DNA from: Mycobacteriales bacterium
GTDB lineage: Bacteria; Actinomycetota; Actinomycetes; JALYNC01
Length of the DNA stretch: 53,268 nucleotides
Direction: 5' to 3'
Assembly: GCA_051000715.1 (NCBI GenBank)
Contig: JBPCOB010000065.1
Span: 1-53,268 of the forward strand
A program made the translations under genes and the position numbers. Of the stretch, positions 8,552 to 17,500 are shown piece after piece (the first letter of the stretch is position 1; the number at the start of each line of letters is the position of its first letter). The notes beneath the pieces were generated by a model. It was not told the DNA's origin. It did not search any database and saw nothing but the letters and a program-made list of their open reading frames with translations.

Positions 8552-9597
8552 CGCACTCAGGAACTCGCCCAGCTTCGCCCTTCCCTGCTGCCTTTGCCGG
8601 GGCGCTGGGGGTTGCCGTCGCATACGCTGTCTACCGGGCCTTGGTCGACACCCGGCAGGTGCTGATCCTTATTCTGCTCGCGGCGTTCCTCGCCGTGGGG
8701 CTCAGCCCGGCCGTGGACTGGCTGGTGACCCACCGAATGCGGCGCGGCGCCGCCGTGGCCACGGTGTCGCTCGCCGGCGTGCTGTTCTTCGGCGGCTTCA
8801 TCGCCTCCCTGGTGCCCCCCCTGGTCAGCCAGACGCAGCAACTGATCAAGAATGGGCCGAGCTACGCCAAGCAGCTGAGCGACAGGAGCACGACCCTCGG
8901 CCGGATCGACGCCCGGCTGCATGTGACGGACCGCCTCCACCAGCAGTCCGCAAAGGGCGGCGCCGGCGTTACCACCCAGGCTCTCAATGGCGTGCTGGGC
9001 GTCGGCCGAATCGTGCTCAGCGCCGTGCTCTCAGCGCTCATCGTCACGGTGCTGACCGTCTATCTGTTGGCCTCCCTGCCGGAGATCAAACAGACCGTCT
9101 ATCGGCTGGCGCCGCGAAGCCGGCGGGCCCGGGTCAGCCTGATCGGCGACGAGATCCTGTCCCGCATCGGCGGCTACGTCCTTGGGAAACTCGCCACCTC
9201 GGTTGTGGCCGGCGTACTTCACCTGATCGTCCTCGAGATCCTCGGGGTGCCATACGCCGTCGCGCTGGCGCTGCTGACCGCCGTGGTGGATATCATCCCG
9301 CTGGTGGGTGGCTACATCGCCATGATCGTGATCGCACTGGCGGCGCTGTTGGTCTCGATCCCGGTCGTGATCGCAACCATCGTCTTCCACGTCCTCTACC
9401 GGCTCTTCGAGGACTACCTCCTCACACCGGTCGTGATGCGCCGCACCGTCGAAATCTCCCCGACGCTGACGATCGTGTCGGTGCTGCTTGGCGGCGTCCT
9501 GCTCGGGCTGGTCGGCGCACTGATCGCAATCCCGGTCGCGGCGGCGGTGCAACTGGTGTTCGAGGAGGTCGCCGTACCGCGACTGGACCAAGCCTGA
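8548..9597 (+). CDS. AI-2E family transporter (PerM/UPF0118)
   Basis: The TTG start overlaps the yihY stop (TTGA). The protein has about 8 TM segments, and ALLTAVVDIIPLVGGYIA matches the AI-2E signature region. Confidence 0.85.
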   Translation: MTHSGTRPASPFPAAFAGALGVAVAYAVYRALVDTRQVLILILLAAFLAVGLSPAVDWLVTHRMRRGAAVATVSLAGVLFFGGFIASLVPPLVSQTQQLIKNGPSYAKQLSDRSTTLGRIDARLHVTDRLHQQSAKGGAGVTTQALNGVLGVGRIVLSAVLSALIVTVLTVYLLASLPEIKQTVYRLAPRSRRARVSLIGDEILSRIGGYVLGKLATSVVAGVLHLIVLEILGVPYAVALALLTAVVDIIPLVGGYIAMIVIALAALLVSIPVVIATIVFHVLYRLFEDYLLTPVVMRRTVEISPTLTIVSVLLGGVLLGLVGALIAIPVAAAVQLVFEEVAVPRLDQA

Positions 9598-9671
9598 GCG
9601 TCGCTGGCAAGCACCCTTCGGCCAGTACTGTCGGCAGCTTCTCAGCGCGCCTCCAGCCGCCGCGACCTTGC

Positions 9672-10073
9672 TTACCAGCCGAGCGCAGCCATGGCGGCGG
9701 CCAGCCCGAGCCCGGCAGCCGCGAGCGGCGACTCCACCCGGTCCCAGCCGGCTGGTGCCAGCCGGCGCCGCACCAGCCGCTCGCCGACGTATCCGGGAAC
9801 CATCAGCGCGCCGAGCACGGCAAGTACCCGGGTCGCGCGCTGGTTCGATCCGATCCCCAAGGCCGCCGTGGCGACCGCCTGCGCGAGAAGCATGGGCACC
9901 GGCGCGCTGAACGCCGTACCCATCAGGACGGCGTCCCGGGCGATCCTGCTGGGGTCGCCGTGCATGCCCGGCAGGTCGTAGGCGTGCCGGCGGACGATCG
10001 CGACGCCGAGTCCGGTCAGGCCGCACCCCAACTGGGCAGCCGAGACCACCATGAGCAGTCCGCGCCGAGCCAT
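9672..10073 (-). CDS. hypothetical membrane protein
   Basis: 133-aa ORF with about 4 hydrophobic segments and high GC3. No family recognised. Confidence 0.55.
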   Translation of the reverse strand: MARRGLLMVVSAAQLGCGLTGLGVAIVRRHAYDLPGMHGDPSRIARDAVLMGTAFSAPVPMLLAQAVATAALGIGSNQRATRVLAVLGALMVPGYVGERLVRRRLAPAGWDRVESPLAAAGLGLAAAMAALGW

Positions 10074-10150
10074 CGCCCCGAGCGTACCGACGGACAGCGC
10101 AGACCTCCTCGTGCGGGCACGTCCTCGCGAGGGCGCCGGCTGGGATGGCC

Positions 10151-10570
10151 CTAGGCCCGCGGTTGGTCCGGTACGACGGCGACGCAGACGAGCTCAACGA
10201 GGGCCGACGGGTCGAACAGCTCGCTCACGCCGACCAATGCGGTGGCCGGGTAGTGCCGGCCGAACCGAGACCGGTACGCAGCCCCCAGCTCCGGCAGTGC
10301 GGTCCGGTACGCCGCCATGTCCGTCGTGTAGATCAACATGGACACCAGGTGCTCGGGCGCGGCGTCGGCCGCCGACAGCGCCGTGACGACGTTGGCGGCC
10401 GCGCGGTCGAACTGCTCCACCAGCCACCTGCCGACCATCCGGCCAGCCTCATCCACTCCGGTCTGGCCGCCGAGCCACACCGTCCGGCCGGCCACCGGTA
10501 CGACGACGTGGGCGAAGCCGACCGGCGGCGCGAGTTCCGGCGGGTTGATCACCGCATGCGGCGAGCTCAC
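10151..10570 (-). CDS. RidA (YjgF/L-PSP) family protein
   Basis: PPVGFAHVVV...VWLGGQTG and the C-terminal VELVCVAVV are RidA-like. GTG 10570 overlaps the upstream stop (GTGA). ATG 10582 is an alternative start. Confidence 0.8.
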   Translation of the reverse strand: MSSPHAVINPPELAPPVGFAHVVVPVAGRTVWLGGQTGVDEAGRMVGRWLVEQFDRAAANVVTALSAADAAPEHLVSMLIYTTDMAAYRTALPELGAAYRSRFGRHYPATALVGVSELFDPSALVELVCVAVVPDQPRA

Positions 10571-11391
10571 CGGCCGCTCCACCGCGGTGGCCGCTTCTCG
10601 GTGAACGCCGCGTGGAACTCGCGGTGGTCCTCGGAGTGCATGAGCAGGGCCTGGGTCATCGCCTCGAGCTCGAGCGCACCGCCGAGGTCCATGTCGATCT
10701 CGCGGGTCAGGAGCATCTTGGTCGTCGCGTAGGCGAACGCCGGACCGTCGGCGAGCCGCCGAGCCAGCGCCGCCGTGGCCGCCGGCAGCTCCGCGTCGTC
10801 GTACACCGAACCCAGACCCAGGCGCCCGGCCGACTCGGCGTCGACGGTGTCACCGAGCATGAGGAGCTCGGTGGCCCGCGCGACACCGACCATTCGCGGC
10901 AGCAGGTACGCCGAGCCCATGTCGGCCCCCGCGAGGCCGACCTTCGTGAACAGGAAGGCGAACTTGGCCGACCGGGCAAGCAGCCGGAAGTCAGCGGCCA
11001 GCGCGATAACCGAGCCGGCGCCGGCCGCCGTACCGTTGACGGAGGCGATGACCGGTAGCGGGCACTCGCGCATGTTCTGCACGACGGCGCCGGTCATCCG
11101 GGTGAAGTCCAGAATCTCCCGCGGCGCCATTTGCAGCAGCTCGCCGATGATCTCATCGACGTCGCCGCCGGAACAGAAGCCCCGGCCGTTCCCGGTAATC
11201 ACGACGACCCGTACGTCGTCGCGGTGCGGCAGCTCCCGGAGCAGGTCGCGCAGGTCGGCGTAGACGTCGAACGTCAGGGCGTTGAGCCGCGACGGCCGGT
11301 CGAAGGTGACGGTGGCGACGCCGTCGGCCACCGAAAACTCGAAGTGCCGCCACTCCTGGGTGAAGCCGGCGGAGGCACGGAATGGGCTCAT
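10567..11391 (-). CDS. enoyl-CoA hydratase/isomerase family protein
   Basis: Crotonase-fold motifs VVITGNGRGFCSGGD and IASVNGTAAGAGSVIALAADFR. Confidence 0.85.
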   Translation of the reverse strand: MSPFRASAGFTQEWRHFEFSVADGVATVTFDRPSRLNALTFDVYADLRDLLRELPHRDDVRVVVITGNGRGFCSGGDVDEIIGELLQMAPREILDFTRMTGAVVQNMRECPLPVIASVNGTAAGAGSVIALAADFRLLARSAKFAFLFTKVGLAGADMGSAYLLPRMVGVARATELLMLGDTVDAESAGRLGLGSVYDDAELPAATAALARRLADGPAFAYATTKMLLTREIDMDLGGALELEAMTQALLMHSEDHREFHAAFTEKRPPRWSGR

Positions 11392-11442
11392 CGGCGGGCG
11401 GCTCCTCGCGATCGGCGGCGTCGCGAGGCTATAGCCGCGGCC

Positions 11443-11877
11443 TCATCCCACGCCGAGAACCTCCTCGACGAAGGTCGGCGACGCCGGGTCCAGGTGGGTA
11501 AGGCTTTCGATCCGACCGAAGGCCCGGTCGGCCGAGGCCACCGGCCAGCCTCGACGACGCGCCGTTGCGCCCAGCACCGCGTCGAAAGCCCCCAGCGAAT
11601 CCACCTCCTCGAACAGGGCGAGCCCCTCGAGCAGGTCATCGTCATCCAAGCGCGTGAGGGGACCGAGCCCCTCGGCGTACCAGCGGGCCAGACTTGCCGC
11701 GTCGAGGCGGCCGGTATTGCGCGCACGAACATGCGCGAACTCCTGGACCACCTCGACGGTCGTCGTTGCGGGAACGGTCCCATTCCGGACCAGCTCCAGG
11801 GTTCGGCGACACGGCTCCCTCAGCCGGTGATCAGCGCCGACGGCGTAGATGAGCACCGTTGTGTCGAGGAGGATCAC
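11443..11877 (-). CDS. vapC: PIN-domain toxin, type II TA system (VapC family)
   Basis: N-terminal MILLDTTVLIY with PIN acidic residues. A 4-bp overlap with the upstream antitoxin gene. Confidence 0.8.
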   Translation of the reverse strand: MILLDTTVLIYAVGADHRLREPCRRTLELVRNGTVPATTTVEVVQEFAHVRARNTGRLDAASLARWYAEGLGPLTRLDDDDLLEGLALFEEVDSLGAFDAVLGATARRRGWPVASADRAFGRIESLTHLDPASPTFVEEVLGVG

Positions 11878-12128
11878 CCGAAACGCTGGCCGCGCAGCTG
11901 ATCGAGCTCCCGTCGCAAGTCCTGCGGTTCAGGCACGGGCATCGGCTCTGCGTCGAGGAGGAGCGTGAGGGCGGCCCGCCGCTTCTCGGCAGAACCCGGG
12001 TACCGCGAGTCGATCGCCTCGCGAACCAGCGTGCTCACGGAGACGCGCCGACGCTCGGCTTCGCGCTCGAGTCGGTCCCAGCGCTCCGCGTCGATGAGCA
12101 CTTGGAGCCGCCGGTCCAACATGCTCAT
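11874..12128 (-). CDS. vapB: ribbon-helix-helix (CopG-like) antitoxin, VapB-type
   Basis: 84 aa. LQVLIDAERWDRLEREAERRRVSVSTLVREAI is a typical RHH fold. Overlaps the vapC start. Confidence 0.75.
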   Translation of the reverse strand: MSMLDRRLQVLIDAERWDRLEREAERRRVSVSTLVREAIDSRYPGSAEKRRAALTLLLDAEPMPVPEPQDLRRELDQLRGQRFG

Positions 12129-12185
12129 ACCGTAGCAGGTGGGCTGGCGCTAGCCTGGGTTGGCAGCCGCTGGCAGGAGGAACGA

Positions 12186-13655
12186 GTGAGCGACGAGGCA
12201 CCGGTCCGCGCCGAGGAAATAACGCCGGAGGAGACACCGGCGGAGGGCGCGGCTAGCCGCGACATCCAGGTCCCAGGGCCGCTGCGCGAGTTCATGGCCC
12301 GCGGCTGGGCGGAACCGGGCGCACTCGACCTGTCGGCGGAGCCGACGGCGCAGTATTGCGCGAAGCGCCGTACCGCCATCTCCACGCGCTTTCCTGGTGA
12401 GACGCTGGTTGTCCCCACCGGCGGACCCAAGGTTCGGGCCAACGACACCGACTACCCCTTCCGACCGGGCAGCGACTTCTACTGGCTTGCCGGAGACCAT
12501 CAACCGGACGCCGTCCTGGTGATGACCCCGGCGGGTGACGGGCACGCGGCGACGCTCTACCTGGCCCCTCGCTCGGACCGCTCATCCCTCGCCTTCTTCA
12601 CCAACCGGCGGTACGGCAAGTTGTGGGTGGGTCCTCCCCGCGGCCCAACGGAGCCCGCGGCGGCGTTGCAGATCGACTGTCGGCCGCTCGACGAGCTGCC
12701 CGGCGTACTCGAGTCGCTCGGTGACCAGGTGCGGGTGCTGCGCGGGCACGACGAATCGGTCGATAACAAGGTGCCGCCGGCGGGCAAGGAACGCGACGAG
12801 GAGCTGGCCACCGCGCTCTCCGAGCTTCGCCTGGTCAAGGACGACCACGAGATCGCCATGCTCGAGGAGGCGATCGCGGCCACCGTCCGGGGCTTCGAGG
12901 ACGTCGTGCGCGAGCTGCCGAGGGCGGTCGAGACGAGCGAGCGCTGGATTGAGGGGACGTTCAACCGGCGGGCCCGGGTCGAGGGAAACGACGTCGGCTA
13001 CGGCAGCATCTGCGCCGGTGGCCCACACGCGACGACGTTGCACTGGGTCGACAACGACGGGCCGGTGCGTCCGGGCGAGCTGTTGCTGATCGACATGGGC
13101 GTCGAGTCGAAGTCTCTCTACACCGCGGACGTCACCCGAACCCTGCCGATCAACGGCCGCTGGTCGCCGGTGCAGCGGCGGGTGTACGACGCGGTGCTCG
13201 AGGCCCAGCGGGCCGGCTTCGCCGCCACCAAACCCGGCAACGCCTTTCTCGACCCGCACCGCGCTGCCATGGAGGTACTCGCTCACCGCCTCGAGGACTG
13301 GGGCATCCTGCCGGTCCCGGCCGAGCAGTCGCTGGACAAGGAGTGCGGGCTGCACCGCCGCTACACCCGGCACGGCACGTCGCACATGCTCGGCCTCGAC
13401 GTCCACGACTGCGACGCCGCTCGCAAGGAGACCTACCGCGACGGCACCCTCGAGACCGGGATGGTGCTGACCGTCGAGCCCGGGCTGTACTTCCAGGCCG
13501 ACGACCTCACCGTGCCGGTGGAGTACCGCGGCATCGGCGTTCGCATCGAGGACGACGTGCTGGTCACCGAAGATGGCTGCCGGGTCCTGTCCGACGCTCT
13601 GCCCACCGACCCGGACGAGATCGAGCGATGGATGGCCGGCCTGCTCCTCCGGTAG
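12186..13655 (+). CDS. aminopeptidase P (Xaa-Pro aminopeptidase, M24B) family protein
   Basis: GTG 12186 follows GGAGGA. YPFRPGSDFYWLAG in the N-domain and HGTSHMLGLDVHD...VEPGLY...GIGVRIEDDVLVT as M24 metal-ligand motifs. Confidence 0.85.
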   Translation: MSDEAPVRAEEITPEETPAEGAASRDIQVPGPLREFMARGWAEPGALDLSAEPTAQYCAKRRTAISTRFPGETLVVPTGGPKVRANDTDYPFRPGSDFYWLAGDHQPDAVLVMTPAGDGHAATLYLAPRSDRSSLAFFTNRRYGKLWVGPPRGPTEPAAALQIDCRPLDELPGVLESLGDQVRVLRGHDESVDNKVPPAGKERDEELATALSELRLVKDDHEIAMLEEAIAATVRGFEDVVRELPRAVETSERWIEGTFNRRARVEGNDVGYGSICAGGPHATTLHWVDNDGPVRPGELLLIDMGVESKSLYTADVTRTLPINGRWSPVQRRVYDAVLEAQRAGFAATKPGNAFLDPHRAAMEVLAHRLEDWGILPVPAEQSLDKECGLHRRYTRHGTSHMLGLDVHDCDAARKETYRDGTLETGMVLTVEPGLYFQADDLTVPVEYRGIGVRIEDDVLVTEDGCRVLSDALPTDPDEIERWMAGLLLR

Positions 13656-13764
13656 GGACGCCGTACCTGCGCCAAAACCTAAGGCAGGACCGGGCGGTAG
13701 GGCGGCGCCGCTCCGGCGACCGCCCGATGAGTCCCTACACCCACGGCTGGGCAGGCAGATATGC

Positions 13765-14580
13765 ATGGCTGCCAGCGCACCTGCGTCAGAAGGATCGATC
13801 TACTTCGTCGGGACGGCGACGACGATCATCCGCTTCGGCGGTCTGACCCTGCTCACCGACCCAAACTTCCTGCACAAGGGGCAGCGCGCCTACCTCGGGC
13901 GTGGGCTGAGCAGCCGAAGGCGAACCCAACCGGCGCTTTCGGTCGAGGAGCTGCCGAAGTTGGACGCCGTGGTGCTTTCGCACCTGCACGGCGACCACTT
14001 CGACCGGGTCGCCCGGCGCGGGCTGGACAAGTCGCTGCCGGTCCTCACCACCCGGCACGCGGCCCGCCACCTGCGTCTACAGGGCTTTGGGCAGGCGGTG
14101 CCGATGAAGACCTGGCAGGCCGAAACGCTCACTCGCGGATCGACGTCGGTGCGGGTGACGTCGCTCCCCGGGCGCCACACCAACGGCCCGCTGCGCCAGG
14201 TGCTGCCGCCGGTGATGGGCAGCCTGCTGGAGTTCGAGACGCGACCGGGCGAGGTGGCGTTCCGCCTCTACATCACCGGCGACACGCTGGTCTACCCGGA
14301 CCTGGCGGAGATCCGCAGCCGGCACCCGGAGATCGACCTGGCCCTGCTCCACCTCGGCGGCACCCGGATCCTGGGAAAGCTCGTCACGATGGACGCCGCC
14401 CAGGGCATCGAGCTGCTCGAGCTGATCCGGCCGCGGGCGGCGGTGCCGATCCACTACGACGACTACCCGGTGTTCAAGTCGCCGCTGGCCGACTTTCAGG
14501 CACTCGCAGCCCGCGGAGCGCTGCCGACGTCACTGTCCTACCTGAGCCATGGCGAGAGCCTGCCGATCCGTGCCGGCTGA
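13765..14580 (+). CDS. MBL-fold metallo-hydrolase
   Basis: SHLHGDHFD motif. I chose ATG 13765. The 3' end overlaps the convergent gdh 3' end by 51 bp. Confidence 0.8.
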   Translation: MAASAPASEGSIYFVGTATTIIRFGGLTLLTDPNFLHKGQRAYLGRGLSSRRRTQPALSVEELPKLDAVVLSHLHGDHFDRVARRGLDKSLPVLTTRHAARHLRLQGFGQAVPMKTWQAETLTRGSTSVRVTSLPGRHTNGPLRQVLPPVMGSLLEFETRPGEVAFRLYITGDTLVYPDLAEIRSRHPEIDLALLHLGGTRILGKLVTMDAAQGIELLELIRPRAAVPIHYDDYPVFKSPLADFQALAARGALPTSLSYLSHGESLPIRAG

Positions 14581-17500
14581 CGGGCCGTCGGTCGCCCGGC
14601 GGTCGACGGAGCCGGTCTGGACAAGGTTGCGCAGCTCCCGCATGGCGACCGACAGCATGGCGATGTCCAGGACGCCGGCGGCCCGAAGGTCGGCAAAGGT
14701 GGCCAGGCAGCGGCGTACCCGCGTCTCGTTCTCCTCGAGCCAGGCGTCTACCAGCTCGTCGGCGCCGACTCCGTCGCCGTGGAGCCGCAGAACGCCGGCC
14801 GCCAGTCCCCGGTGCTGGATCGCCAGGTCGTCGCGCAGCGACGCCTTGGCCAGGGCCTGCCAGTGTGTCTGCACCGGCAGTCCGGTCACCTCGGAGCGCA
14901 ACCAGTCGAGCTCCAGGCGGGCGCCGAGAGTGAAGTAGACCGAGGCCACCTCCCGGACCTCCCGACCGGCACCGATGGCTACCTCGACGATGTCGAGGGC
15001 GGCCGACATCGGGGCCAGCGCGCCGATTCGAGCCGCAAGATCTGCCGGTACCCCCTGGTCCCGCAGCCGCTTGACCCGGCCGGCCATGGCCTCGGCATCG
15101 GCTCCCACCATGAGCTCCGGCAACGCCTCGGCCAGCACGGTGACGCCAGGGGTGAAGTGAGCCACCTCCGCGCCGACGTCGAGTGGCTGCCGGCGGCTGC
15201 GCAGCAACCACACGGACGCTCGCTCGACCAACTTGCGGCTCTCGATCAGGATGGCGGTCTGGACATGCGCGGACACGACGGAGTCGAGCGCCTCGACGTC
15301 CAGCCAGAGCGCCTCGAGGTGGAAGACGTCCCGGACGACGGTGTATGCCCGTGCGACGTCGGTGACCTTGGTGCCGCTCTCGGTCCGCAGCCAATGGACG
15401 AAGCTCGACCCGACCCGGTTGACCAGGGCGTTGGCGATGCTGGTGGAGATGATCTCGCGACGGAGCCGATGGGACTGCATCTGCTTCTCGTAGCGCTCCC
15501 TGAGCAGCTCGGGGAAGTAGCGGCGCAGCTCCGCGCCGAGATAGGGATCCTCCGGCACGTCCGAGTCGAGCAGCGCGGCGTAGACGTTGATCTTTGAATA
15601 GGCCAGCAGGACCGCAAGCTCCGGACGGGTCAGTCCCTTTCCCGCGGCAAGTCGCTCCAAGATCGCCTCATCGTTCGGCAGGAACTCCAGGGAACGGTTG
15701 AGCCGGCCGTCCCGCTCCAGGTCGCGCATGTGCCGGGCATGGCGGTCCAGCGACGCGGCAGCAGTCGCCTCCGTGATGCTGATCGCCTGAGCCTGCCGGT
15801 AGTTGTGAGCGAGCACGAGGGACGCGACGTCGTCGGTCATCTCGGCCAGCAGCTCGTTGCGCTGCTTCTCGGTGAGATCGCCCGCGACGACCACCTCGTT
15901 CAGCAGAATCTTGATGTTGACCTCGTGGTCGGAGGTGTCCACGCCGGCGGAGTTGTCGATGAAGTCGGTGTTGATCCGACCCCCGCCCACGGCGTACTCG
16001 ATCCGCCCGAGCTGGGTGAGCCCGAGGTTGCCGCCTTCTCCGACGACCCGGGCCCGGAGCTCCGGGGCGTCGATCCGCAGTGCGTCGGTGGCCCGGTCGC
16101 CGACGTCGGCATGGCTTTCGCTGCTGGCCTTGACGTAGGTGCCGATGCCGCCGTTGAAGAGCAGGTCGACCGGGGCCCGCAGCAACGCCTTGATGAGGTC
16201 GGCCGGCGACAGGCGGGTGTCCTCGACGCCGAGGATCCGGCGTACCTCCGTGGAGAGCGGAATCGACTTGGCGGTGCGCGGGAAGACGCCACCGCCGGCC
16301 GACAGCTTGGTCGCGTCGTAGTCGGCCCAGCTCGACCCGGGCAGGCCGAAGAGCCGCTGGCGCTCCTCGAAGCTCACCGCGGGATCGGGGTCGGGATCGA
16401 GGAAGACGTGGAGGTGGTTGAACACGCCGACCAGCTTGATGTGGCGCGAGAGCAGCATGCCGTTGCCGAACACGTCGCCGGACATGTCACCGATGCCGAC
16501 GACGGTGAAGTCCTCGGCCTGGACGTCGACGCCCATCTCGCGGAAGTGCCGGCGTACCGACTCCCAGGCACCCCGGGCCGTGATCCCCATCTCCTTGTGG
16601 TCGTATCCCGCCGACCCCCCGGAGGCGAACGCGTCACCGAGCCAGTAGCCGTACTCGCCGGCGATGGAGTTGGCCAGGTCGGAGAAGGTCGCGGTGCCCT
16701 TGTCGGCGGCGACGACGAGGTACGGGTCGGGCTCGTCGTGGCAGACCACGTCGCGCGGCGGGACGACCTCGTCGCCGGCGTAGTTGTCGGTCAGGTCGAG
16801 TAGGCCACGCATGAACGTCGAGTAGCAGGCGACCACCTCGTCCCTTAGGGCGTCGCGCTCGGCCGGCGGGCGCTTGACGACGAAACCACCCTTGGCGCCC
16901 TGCGGCACGATCACCGCGTTCTTGACCATCTGGGCCTTCATCAAGCCCAGCACCTCGGTGCGGAAGTCCTCGAGCCGGTCCGACCAACGGATGCCGCCGC
17001 GGGCCACCCGGGCGCCGCGCAGGTGCACCGCCTCGACCCGCGGCGAGTGGACCCAGATCTCGAACATCGGTCGCGGCTGCGGGAGCATCGGAATCGCGCC
17101 CGGATCCAGCTTGAAGGCCACGTAGGGCTTGCGCTCACCGTCTCGGGTGCGCTGGAAGTAGTTGGTGCGCAGGGTGGCCCGCACCACGGCCAGGAAGCTG
17201 CGCAGGATCCGGTCCTCGTCGAGGTTCGCGATCGCGTCGAGGGCGGTCTCGATCCTTCCCACGATCTTGTCGGCGCCGGCCGGATCAGGTGGCATCGCGG
17301 GATCGAGCCGCGCGTGGAACAGCTCGACCAGCAGCCGGGCGACATCGGGGTTCGCGGTGACGGTCTGCTCCATGTAGGCCTGGCTGAACGTCACGCCGGC
17401 CTGGCGCAGGTACTTGCAGTAAGCCCGCAGCAGCGCGGCCTCCCGCCAGGTCAGCCGCGCACCGAGCACGAGCCGGTTGAACCCGTCGTTGTCGGCCTCC

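Noticed and set aside
7094-8623. 509-aa ORF on the minus strand spanning the SRPBCC and yihY loci
   Set aside because: Its composition is dominated by R/G/P/Q/E and it is antisense to two genes with clear family motifs. It is a typical shadow ORF of a high-GC genome.
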